Assembly (NCBI GenBank): GCA_001244265.2
Contig: CDLV01000016.1
Location: 868,001-932,000, forward strand
Source of the DNA: Microbotryum violaceum
Lineage: Eukaryota
Direction: 5' to 3'
Length of the DNA stretch: 64,000 nucleotides
The notes under the pieces were generated by a model, which worked only from the letters and a program-made list of their open reading frames with translations, made no database searches and was not told the DNA's origin. The translations under genes and the position numbers were made by a program. Below, one piece after another: positions 26,745-37,726 of this stretch (its first letter is position 1; every line of letters begins with the position of its first letter).

Positions 26745-29253
26745 ATGGTCCCCAGACCCTACGTAGAAACCGACTTCAGAGCCATTCGGACTACCCAACC
26801 CCTGGCACATCGACTCGTCATCTCTAACCTTCCTGCTACTTCTGATAACATCGCAAAACTGACGGCGGAAGTGACCATTGAACACCTACTTGTCCAAGCC
26901 GGCATTAGCGTCAATGAGCACCCAGTTTTCTTTCAGTCGCACGAAGTCCTTAACCTCACCGGGTTGTCGGACCCTCCCCAATCAAGATACAAGGCCCTAA
27001 ACACGGATTATTTTGAGATCATCGGGCCCAAGGACGAAATTGAATTCACCAGCAAGATCTTCAGTTTTCTGAATAACGACAGCATGCCGTACTACCCTTC
27101 CTCGTTCGAATCCGAGCTAGTCGACGACTAAACAATCACCGTTGACCTCGTCTCTTCGCTCATTTCACCGACGTGAGGGAGAACGACGAAGTACGATGGG
27201 TCCGTCTAGCCTTCGATTCTGTAAAGCATTCCGGCAAGGAGAGCTACGACATCATCGAACGAGCCCCGGAAGAAGCAATTCGAAAGGCGATAAAAGCGCA
27301 TTTGGACAAACACTTCGAAGACATGAAGAACGTTCCCGCCGAGTCGTGCATTTCGGTCACCAACGATTCAGGTACACGCGGCGATCAATGCAAGGTCCTG
27401 GTCGCGGTTCGTATGGCGAGTGCTTTTATGGTGGACAAGATCACAGCCACGAAGGACCGGTCCACCCTCAGCGCAAAGGTTAACATCCCAATGCGACCCA
27501 CGTCTCGTTTAACGCCACAAGTGACTACGGAACCACTGCTGGTCGAACAAACCATCGTCGGGGTTTTCAAACGCATCGTGAAAACGCGAGGGATGCGAGA
27601 ACCCTTCGCAATCGGGGTACTCGGCGGCATGTCGAGTCTCGGCATGATTAAGGCAGCTCATCAGGTACGAGGCCACACTCTGGGGTCCCTGTTCGATTTG
27701 GCCCATAAGACCAACTCTACACTACGGACGGACCTCCGACTTGCGATTGCAGTGTTCAGCTTGACGGGGCGCACTCATCCATCCCCGACGTCTCCATCGA
27801 CTGAGCGATTCATTCGATCAGATCGCGTACTCGCCCACAAACAACACGCTTCAGTGCTCAATCTGTCCAGACTGCTTCAAACGGTTGTTCCCTACCACAG
27901 GGCCACCGACTAAGCCCCCTCCGTCGTTGAGCAGGGTTTATCGCGCACTGGATCACGTCTCCGCCGATGTCCGAGATTGCTTCTCCAACGCGAGTCAGCT
28001 TGAGCACCTCGTCACTGCGCGCGCCAGAGCCTACAAGATTGTGTACAAGCTAACTCGTTTTGGATATCCCACAGCTCAACAACAACTTACGCGCGGAAAC
28101 ACCCTCATCTTCAGCCAGAACACCGCTTCGTTCACCAATGTACTGCCCATGTCAGTCGAGGAACTCGCTGACAGTGTGTGCATTCTGCGGAGGGAGCCCC
28201 AATCTTGCGGAGCTGGACAAGTGTCTGTCGCAGAAATGTTCTCAAGTGGAAACTGATGATGACCACAACTCAGTCCAATGAACAGGGACGAGAACAGAGT
28301 AAGGTAAGATTCCAAAGAGCTGACCTGATGATGACCACGACTCAGTCCAATGAACAGGGATGAGAACAGAGTGGCCAGAGACTAAGAGACAGACTCGCGG
28401 AAGGCTAGAAAGTGAAGCGTAAAGCTAATAAGGAAAGAGATTAGAGAATAGTAAAGTATGGAGATTGAGTGACTAAGGAGTGAATGACACGCCGCTAGGC
28501 TCAATCCCAAGTACCATAATAGGAACGATAATCAGATGAAGGACGGAACAACCCAAATGACCATATACGAATGACAGTGTCGACCCATGATCGTGAAGCA
28601 GAGTCGGATCCAAAAGATGCTCAGGTGGTTGATCAACGAAAGCAAGAATTCGGCGCACTCTGCCGTCTCCTTTGATGGCGATTGCAGAGCTTGTTCGACG
28701 CACTGGTTCCGGCCCGAGTGCGCTCAACCCCGACCTCTCCAGCTTCTACGGCGGTTTCAGCTTCCACTTCGACTTCGGCTTCCGTCTGGATTGCTCCCCA
28801 AGTATCGTATCAGTGAATCGCAGAGACAGTGGAAGCAACCTCATCGCTCTTTGAAGGCTATGCACCAACGCTTAACGACGCTGATGAACCAGTATTTGAA
28901 CACATCCATGTGCCGCCACCCCCTACCAACGAACTGATTCACTCATGACTGCTCTTTGAGAACGCTCTCCGTTATCTCAACCTGGACAAGCCACCTACAT
29001 ATGTCATGCCGACAGGCGACACCCCTTTGTGAGAACCTTCGGACGAGCTCATGCTCTCAAAGCTGTGGCCACACCTCAATCCATTTAGTCTCGTCGGTTT
29101 CTGTGTCGAGCGCGACCTCAACATTTCTCTGGACGAGCAAGTCAAACATTTGCTCAATCTATACGACAGCGATTTCGATGCAACCCGTCTTTCCCATTCA
29201 TCGTCTCGAACATGCTCCGCCACGGACGAGAAGTGTTTCGCCAACTCGCTTTT
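26745..29253 (+). mobile_element. Degenerate Helitron-like element (DUF6570/Rep N-terminal region), interrupted by a solo LTR and truncated by a copia element
   Basis: Fragments SQLEHLVTARARAYKIVYKL..RGNTLIFSQN..VLP, PMIVKQSRIQKMLRWLINE, LWPHLNPF..ISLDEQVKHLL..D/RF.CNPSFPFIVSNML resemble fungal Helitron RepHel N-terminal motifs; frameshifted. Confidence 0.65.
28226..28576. mobile_element. Solo LTR (351 bp)
   Basis: TGTC...GACA termini; 5-bp TSD GTGTC at 28221-28225 and 28577-28581; internal 48-bp duplication (28253-28300 / 28325-28372). Confidence 0.9.
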
Positions 29254-32200
29254 TAAAATGGATTTGGGACGCTATGTATCCCGCACTGAGGATACTTATG
29301 TCAGAACCGTTGCGAGAGCGAACAATAGATGTAATGACAATTCACATGAGGACACTTATGTCAGAACCGTTGCGAGAGCGAACGGAGTAAGACTAAGGAG
29401 AAAAGTGTCACTCAGGCGCAGACCAATCTAAACAAGCTAATAGATTGTAAGGCCAGGGCAAGATTTGTGAGGTGATAATATCTTCCCTTCAGCAAATAAG
29501 GATTAGAACAATGAGATCAAACCTAATCGCAGTAGAAACTCTTCAGACTCTTAACCAATAACTGTGACACTCCCCCTGGTTCAGAGCTTTGAAAGTTGAA
29601 CCATTCCCATCGCTTTGCGGTGCGCAGCGAACTTAATCGGACCGAGCCCCTTTGTGAGAACGTTGGCCATCATTGAATTGGTTGGGCAGTAGACCAGCTT
29701 TATGTCACCAAGGGTGACGCGCTCGCGAACGAAGTGATGAACCACATCAAAGTGCTTGGTGCGAGCGTGGTGAGCTGGGTTGTAGGTGATCTTGATTGTC
29801 GCCTGATTATCCTCGTAGATCGTCGTGGCTGAGGGCTGCTCGACGCTCAAGTCCTTGGCGACCTGATGAAGCCAAATCACCTCCTTGGTTGCCGACAAAA
29901 CGGCGAGGATCTCGGACTCAGTTGTCGATGTAGTGACGAGGGTTTGTTGCTTGGACTGCCATGAGATAGCAGCACCACCGAGGAGACGCACATAGGCACC
30001 GACTGAGCGACGAGTCTCAAAGTTGTTGGCCCAGCTGGCGTCGGAGTAGGCTGTGATGACCGTGGATGCATTGGGTCGGTAGCAGAGACCAAAGTCAATG
30101 GTGCCAACGAGGTATCAAAAGATCCTCTTGACCGCGAGCAAGTCATTTTCGGTAGGACCAGCGAGACGCTGTGCAGCACTGCGAACAGCGGCGGCGATTT
30201 CGGGTCAAACCATCTGAGCGGTGTACTGAAGAGCACCGACCATGGATTGGTAGAGGTGAACATCCTTGATCAGGGGCAACAAATCGAGCTCCCTGGCTTC
30301 GCAATCAATCATCGGAGTCGTCTTGGGCTTGGACGAAGCAAATCCGAATCGAGCGAGGATGTCCGTAATGTAGCGAGACTGATGCACAATACAATAGCCC
30401 GCATCACGTTTGAACTCAAGAGAAAGAAAGTGAGACACAGCACCTTGTCATTTGAGCTTGAAGGTGGCTTGCAGTGCTCCGATCTCCGTCTCAATGAGCT
30501 CCTGTGAAGTCGAAGCGACCAGGCCGTCGTCAACATAGAACGCGACGATGATGTACTTGGAGCCAACCTGTTTGAAGTAAAGGCAGACATCGGACAAGCA
30601 CTTGGTCCACTTCTTCTCGACCATGAGTTGATCGAGCGTGCGGTTCCATTTGCGAGGAGCTTGCTTGGTTCCGTACATCGAAGCAATGAGCTTGAGGCAC
30701 TGACCGGGTTTGATGACACCAGTCCAACCCTTGGGAACCCTCATGTAGACGTCATCAGTCATCTTGCCATTGAGGAAGGCGGTGTCAAAGTCGAACTGCA
30801 CGAGCTTGAGAGACCGTGCTATAGCAAGCGCGACGAGGAATCGTATGGTCAACATGCGAGCGACAGGAGCGAAGGTCTCGTGGAAATCGATGCCGGGACG
30901 CTGAGCGAAACCCTGAGCAACGAGACGAGCTTTAAAGTGGATGATCCTGCCAGCAGCGTCCAACTTGATCGTGAAGACCCAGCGGGAACCGAGAGCAATT
31001 GCGCCATCTGGAAGGAAAGAGACCTCGAAGACGTTGTGGTTTTCAAGCGCTCCGAGCTCCTCACGAATTGCGATGATCCAGAACTTGGCGTCAGGACAGG
31101 GAATTGCCTCCTCGTACGTCTTTGGAATGAAATGGCCTTGAGGGACGGAGACGCAGAGATACGTCTTCCCCCATTTTCCGTCAATCTGCGGCAAGACATC
31201 GTCGATGCGAATAAATTGTAAGTTCGAGCTCGAAGAATCGAGTGCTGGACCAGCGAATAACGCTTGACGATGCTTGTAAGGAATGATGTTGGACATATCA
31301 AGCTCGCCGTACTTCCCGGGCTGGTAACCGTTCTGGACTTGAATGTAGCCATCGGGGACAGGCACGAGTTGTTGTGGAACCTCCTTCTCGGCCGGGGTAA
31401 CAGTCGAGTCTTTTTCGGAGATTTCGGAAATTGGAGGTACCTCGAAGTCAGTTACGAGCTCCGAAGTCTCAAGAAGATGATGTTTGCGCCGACCAAAGGT
31501 AGCATGGCGAGTTCGAACCTCCTTTTGTTGATCCTTGAGCCAAACGACATAGTCGTAGTTGTTGAAACCAACAAGGATACCTTCGACGGCCTTGTCGTCA
31601 AGCTTTGTCCGTAGAGTTCCATCAATATGGACGAATGCGACAGCGCCGAAGGGTTTGATGTGACTCACACGAGGCTTCTTTCCGAAGATGATCTTGTAGG
31701 GTGTTACTCTGTTGAGACAAGCCACAGTTGTGCGGTTTGACAGGTAAACGGCAGCTTGCATTGCATACGACCAGAAAGTCTTGGGAAGATTTGCGTCGTG
31801 GAGCATGGCTTTGACCGTCGTCATGATCGATCCGTTGAGACGTTCGACCTGACCGTTGTTCTCGGGGGTGTACGGCGCAGTGCGCTCGTGAATGATCCCG
31901 TTGGTCTTGAAGTAGGTCTCGAACATCTTGGAAGTAAACTCGCCGCCATTGTCAGAGCGTACAAATCGTATCTTCTTCCCCGTCATGTTCTCAACGCTAG
32001 TTCGAAACATGTTGAAGGCCTCGATGACTCCCTCGGATAACTTGGAGGAGAGCGGAAAGACCCATCGACCGCAAGAGTGCTGATCGACAATAGCAAGGTA
32101 AACGGTACGACCTTGGTGATCGGGCTCAGGAACGAAACCCAGATCGATACACACGCGTTTGAGAATCTCGGTGGCGATGGTGGCCTTGATCGTGAAAGGA

Positions 32201-34109
32201 CTACGCTTCGACTTGGCGAGAACGCAGTGCAGGCAATCACGGATGAGCTTGTCCGAAAGAACGAGGCCTTGTACAGCCCCGCTGCGCGCCATGTTGATAA
32301 TCGTCTGAGGACTGGGATGACCGAAGCGGCGATGCCAAAGCATCAGCGGCGCGCTGACCGTCTCGTGAGTTGCCAAGGCGAGTTTCGGTTGCTTGATGTC
32401 AAGCTCGTAGGGACCATCCAAGACGATCGTGCTAGCGATGAACTCGCCATTGCGAAGGATGGTACACAACTTGTCCGGCTCGAAGTGGACTGAGAGACCC
32501 GAGTTTGTCATTTGTTGAACGGAGAGTAATCCCACGGGCATACCAGGCATGTGATACACCTTCTTTGCCTCGAGTTTTCGACCACCAGCAGTTTCGATAG
32601 AGAGCGTACCGTGTCCCGGACAGACAACCCATTGGCCGTTTGCGGTTTCGGCTTCCTACGGATCCTCGATGAAGTCCGTCAATTGAGTATGATCGCCGGT
32701 ATGGTTCTTCCACGCGCCAGAGTCGATAATGAATCTAGACTTGGCGGATTGACCAGTTGACATCACGGAGAATGCCACAGCCTCTTGGTTGGATGACTGG
32801 GTGGACTTGACCGATCTGGCTTTGCCACGCTTCCTTGACTGTTTGCCTTGAGGAGGTCGATACCCTTGACCATTTGGGTTGGTGTAACGCTCGTCCGCAT
32901 TGTGTCCCTTCCTGTTACAGAAGTCGCACATTTTGAGGGCGTTGGCGGAGAGCGCACCGGCGTTCGATGAGCTCGAGACTTTAACGGGAACGAGTTGCAT
33001 GTTGGCTGTAGCACGACGTTGGGCTTCCGATTGAATGTGCTCGACCACAAGCGATGGACGAATAGTTACTTTCTCATCAATTGCGGCGGCTTGTTTGTAC
33101 CACGTGTTGACGACGGACCAACTAGGCGGGAGCGAGAACAGAATGAATACATTGAGGTACTCGTCCGGAACGGGTTTGCCGATCTTCATCAGCTCTGCCG
33201 AGTAGGTCAGAAGCTTGGTGATGTGCTCGTCTATGCTGTCGCCGTCACGGTACTTGGTCGAGAGTAGGCAAACGAGGCCGCTGTAGAGAGCATTGTGGCC
33301 GCGCTTCCTGTACTTCTTCTCGAGCAAGTCCCACATCTCGTGCGATGTTTCACAGTACATGACCATTCCTTCGATTTCGGGACTGAGAGTTGCCATGATG
33401 TGACTCTGAGCCCAAATGTCGCGATCGGTCCAGGTTGCAATTTTCTTCTGGCGATCGGCCGATGCATCGAGCTCCGCAGCGTCGGGAATGTCGGTCGCAG
33501 GCGGGCGAGGCACTGACAGCGGCTTTACCTGTTCACCGAGGACGCTGCCCATGACCTTGTGACCCATAAAGAGCAAAGTCATCTTCTTGTGCCATGACGC
33601 ATAGTTGGACTCGTCCTTGAGTTTGACGAAGGAGTTGTGGAGCTTGTCCACCTTGCTGTGAGGCAGGTCGGTAGCAGCGAATAGGCTCATAACCTAAGAT
33701 GGATTTGGGATCCTATGTATCTCGCACTGAGGACACTTATGTCCGAAGCGCTGCGAGAGCGAACAATAGATGTAATGACAACTCACCTGAGGACACTTAT
33801 GTCAGAACCGTTGCGAGAGCGAACGGAGTAAGACTAAGGAGAAAAGTAAGTGTCACTCAGGCGCAGACCAATCTAAACAAGCTAAGACGGAATCGAGTCA
33901 CAGAACTCAGGAGCTAGGTCGCAGGAGGCGGTAACCCTGAGAAGAGGTCTTGGAAAGAAAGTCCGAGAGGCGAAAGCGAATGTCCGTGAGTCGAGAGCCA
34001 GGGTCTGAGAGCCGAAAGCATAGGGGTGGGAGCAAGAGGGAAAGGGTCAGACACGGGAATGGCGCGCGCGGGGTCTAGAGTCGGCAGTTACGAAATTCAA
34101 CTCTTGACA
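29254..34109 (-). mobile_element. Ty1/copia LTR retrotransposon, inactivated, with non-matching LTRs
   Basis: LTR-like ends at 29254-29569 and 33695-~34109; PPT at 29570-29580; PBS GGTTATGAGCC; gag-PR-IN-RT-RH order. Confidence 0.95.
29581..33690 (-). pseudogene. Copia gag-pol with in-frame stops
   Basis: Zinc knuckle remnant CDFCNRKGH, protease FIIDSGA, integrase WHRRFGH..CLHC, SDNGGEF, ENNGQVERLN, RT YVDD, RNase H YSDASW. Stops at 32656, 30448, 30205 and 30115. Confidence 0.93.
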
Positions 34110-34235
34110 CCGGTGTCGACTCGGAGGATCGTGGCGCCTCTTGTCCTCTCCCTTGAATCATTCATCAAGGTCCCCCATTTTCAGTCGTTGCTAACCTCCG
34201 CATCCAAGCTCATCCCCCAAGAACTTATCCCTACC

Positions 34236-34914
34236 ATGCTTCTCTTGTGGTTGCGTGTGGCCGCGCTGGCTCTCGCCGCAACGGGTGGCCCCGTCTCGGC
34301 CTCGCCCCTGAAGGCCCTCGACAACGCCCTGAGCAGCCTTAATTCCACCGGTCCCGCCTCTAAACTCACGCCGATCCCGACCCCTCCCACCATCAGTCTC
34401 CTTTCGAAAAGCAAGACGTACTACCCGGGCGACACGGTTTTTTTCAAGTGGGACCGGGCTGCACCTACTATGCAATCCGCCGATCTCTTCATAGCTTACT
34501 CCGGGCCTCTCGCTACGGTACCTAGTGAGTTTCTTTCGATGCCTCCCAGAGAAGGTCGAAAGGCGGCTGCGACCCCTGACCCAAGGGGGAATCCAATGTC
34601 TGACTTCATGCTATTCGGACTTGATGCGGACTTAATGCTACAGTCTGTGTCACGCGCGACATGCTGCTCCAGCCTGACCGTGGCAGCATGGTTCTTCATA
34701 GCGCCTACGTCATACCCTGGAAGGAGCTCCTTGGGCAAAAACGTGCAACTGTCGAGGGGTATGTACCTCGAACCTCCTTTGTTAACGAGGTTTGATCAAC
34801 TGACAGCTTGTCCCCCACAGATTTATTTACTTCGTCTACTCACCGACCCACTACAGATTTGATACAGGCGTAACGGGGGGAAAATCCGATTCCTTCACCA
34901 TCCAGCACAGGTAG
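34236..34914 (+). CDS. Small secreted protein (3 exons, beta-rich, possibly Kre9/Knh1-N-like)
   Basis: Signal peptide MLLLWLRVAALALAATGGPVSA; YYPGDTVFFKW ... GKSDSFTIQHR*; two in-phase GT-AG introns. Confidence 0.75.
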
Positions 34915-35420
34915 AAGTAGAGGAGCGCCTGTACCCGGGCAGACCACCAAAGGCGTCCCTGTACTACCGTTTTTCCTTCGTCGATGTGCAAACCTTCAAC
35001 TCCACATTACAACACGCTGTTCATCATACACACCCATATAAACCTTTTTTTTGCTGTTCATCTCAAGATAGTACAAAGTTTCTCCCGTCATGAAGGCAAT
35101 GACGACGACGACGCGGGTGAACACCCTTCACTTCCTCTGTCGTTTTTTCAATATTTGCCCGTACCCAAGGACAACCCAAGATCAGCAAGGACGTATGACC
35201 ATAGCGCAGAAATGGCTACCACGCACCTGGTCATCCGTTGCTTTCTCCCTTCACATCGGTCGATTCGCATTTGCACTCACGTGCGGGGCAGGACATAATG
35301 ACCTCCAACCATGCCTGGTCAGATGTCAGTCGTCTGTGTTATCAGCGGTGGTCCCCTCCCCGAAAAGCTCGGGAGGCGAAATTACTCCGCTCGAGAAATG
35401 CATCTTAATTGACTAGGGGT

Positions 35421-35733
35421 TGTTAAGTCGTATGTCTCGAGAGGGGACTGGATCGGCAACCAGTAAGCACACGAGACACAATACGAGTTGTAGGAAGTAT
35501 GTTGGAGCGTTTGGATTACAAATAACCTGGATCGGCAAGCAGTAAGTACACGAGACATAATACGAGTTGTAGGAAGTATGTTGGAGCGTTAGGGGAAAGA
35601 CTAAAGTAAAAGAGGCTCGCGGTGCGAGTGCGCGAAATATCTCCAAGTCCAAAAGGGGTCCGAGCGGCGCGCGGCTGGCTAGGCTGGGCGCGGCTTGGGG
35701 ATCGACCTAAGCAAGAGTGTATGGAATTCAACA
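35421..35733. mobile_element. Solo LTR (313 bp)
   Basis: TGTT...AACA termini; TSD GGGGT at 35416-35420 and 35734-35738; internal 64-bp duplication (35448-35511 / 35527-35590). Confidence 0.9.
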
Positions 35734-36235
35734 GGGGTAAGGTTCACCATTATGTGAAGTCTGTGGACACCGGGCTGAGCCAATAGTTTTTCGGTATTTG
35801 AAATGAGGTCGCCGAGATAGCCCCTTGAAATAGAGGCCCAGAAACACGGTGCATAAGAAAAGCTGACCATGTCTCATGGGGTGATGACGACGATAACATT
35901 CAACTTGATTGCTATCTTGCTCAGAATTAAGAGTACAATGCAGATACGAGAGACATTCTCAACCAACATTCACAAGTGTTAAAGGACCTGCTCATTCTAT
36001 CGCTTCAATCAAGATGAATCATTGCCAAAGAGCTCGCGTTCATTTGGCCATCTCATCCTCTCCCATCCCTAATATCACCCATCCCACCTTCTCCTACTTT
36101 TCGTGGCCCTCTATTATCCTGTTCCAACCGATCCCGTTCGTCGTCGTTGTCGTCGTCGCCACCATTTTTTAGATTCTCGAGTGCGACGCGTCGGAAGACG
36201 AAATTGGGATCGAATACATTTTTTCCAAGAAAGAA

Positions 36236-36767
36236 CTAGATATCACAACCCTGATCGTGGCGACACAACCTTTTTCTGCAAAAAACAAAGCCCCCCAAAA
36301 ATATTCGATACTTTTAGTAGCCGTCCTCCGATTCCTTGGAGAATCTCTTCAACGAATAGGGGCAAAGCCTACCGAGCTGGGAGGTGAAAGGACTCACCTA
36401 CTGTCGCAGTGGGCCCTACATTGGATGGGGCACGTCTGTGGTTGGTTACACAAACCATAGCAGTGTTGTATCCTGATGGAAAGGGAAAACTAATCAGACA
36501 GTGGCATCGCGAGAGTTGTCGATGCAAGCGGTCGGATTGGCTGCCGAACGACCAGCGAGGTCGGGTACGTGTAGTCGTGACTACAATTACTCACGCATTA
36601 TCGCAAGCGCCACACCCAGAGACATTAGCGGCCAAACAATTATTCCCATCACAGTTGCCGCTGGGGCAATTCTCTGGTGTACAGGTGGAGTTGCCGTCCG
36701 AATCGGCCCCTCGAACGACGGTGATCGTGAGGGCGAAAGTGATGAGGGAGAGGTACATTGCTCTCAT
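36236..36767 (-). CDS. Small cysteine-rich secreted protein (~95 aa, 13 Cys, 3 exons)
   Basis: MRAMYLSLITFALTITVVRG-ADSDGNSTCTPENCPSGNCDGNNCLAANVSGCGACDNAIQHCYGLCNQPQTCPIQCRAHCDSRKRLCRHDQGCDI* after removing two in-phase GTGAGT..CAG introns. Confidence 0.85.
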
Positions 36768-36823
36768 TTCGAGCTGAAGTTGCAGTTGAAAGGTTGCGGA
36801 ACGGAGTGCGGAGTGATGAACAG

Positions 36824-36858
<35 letters not shown>

Positions 36859-37726
36859 CGAGATTGACGGCGTGGAGTAGGCAACTGGTCAACTATAAAC
36901 TATCGTTTGGAGCCGTTGGCGTTTGGGCCCGTTGCGTCGGGGGGCGTCTCGTCCGCCCATAGGATAATGCGGGATTTCAGCCGAGTGAGATTAGCCGATA
37001 GGGGACGCCATTTCAGCGGGTGCAACTTAAAACGAATCGCAATATCCACATCTGAGGGGTCGATGGCGACTATTCATCTTTGATTCAGCGTTACTGCATT
37101 GTACTGCAGCCCTGAGGTGGCTTGTACGAGGGGCAGCGGACTGATGTGCACGTGGTATTCGTAGTGGATGTGAAAGAGAAGTTAGTCGAAGTGTTCAAGG
37201 TAGACTGAAACATGATCAGCATGAAACTTCCCCAATGGTCAGCGATAATTCGGGCGATCGCACGCTAATGATTCCGAGTCAAGTTCAGTGCCGCAATAGG
37301 AGACAGGGGGAGGCGGGGGGGGGGGGGAGGGCGGAGGCCCACTCACTCGAAGCCGGCTCAGCAGAGGAGCGAAGTCGAAGCTGAACCCCATCAATTCTCG
37401 CCTTCAAATCCGGTACCTATTATTGTTCACGTACCTATCACGATTCTTAATTTTAGTCACAGTGTAAAATGCCGTCTCAGGCCGCCTAAACTTTGGGTTC
37501 CCCCCCCCTGCCATCAGTGGCGTCTTTCGCCTGACAATTACGCCGCGGCGTGAAATCTCCCGGCCCCTCGTGATAATACCAGCGCTCCCCTCAACTTTTT
37601 ACACTACTACAACACCGCACGAGGCAAAAACGATACCCATAACGCGGGAATGCAAACTACGAGATGCAAAAAAATAAAGATAAACATATACAAGACGAAG
37701 CGCGCATCGAACCGTCACTCTAATTT

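Noticed and set aside
28256-28323. ATGATGA...CTGA resembling a C/D snoRNA
   Set aside because: Lies inside a TSD-flanked solo LTR repeat unit, with no terminal stem or recognisable guide.
29287-29383. Repeat-spacer-repeat units as a CRISPR array
   Set aside because: Eukaryotic LTR context, only two copies, no cas genes.
32640-32670. TAG between gag-PR and pol as programmed readthrough
   Set aside because: Falls inside the protease region of an element with several other transition-derived stops.
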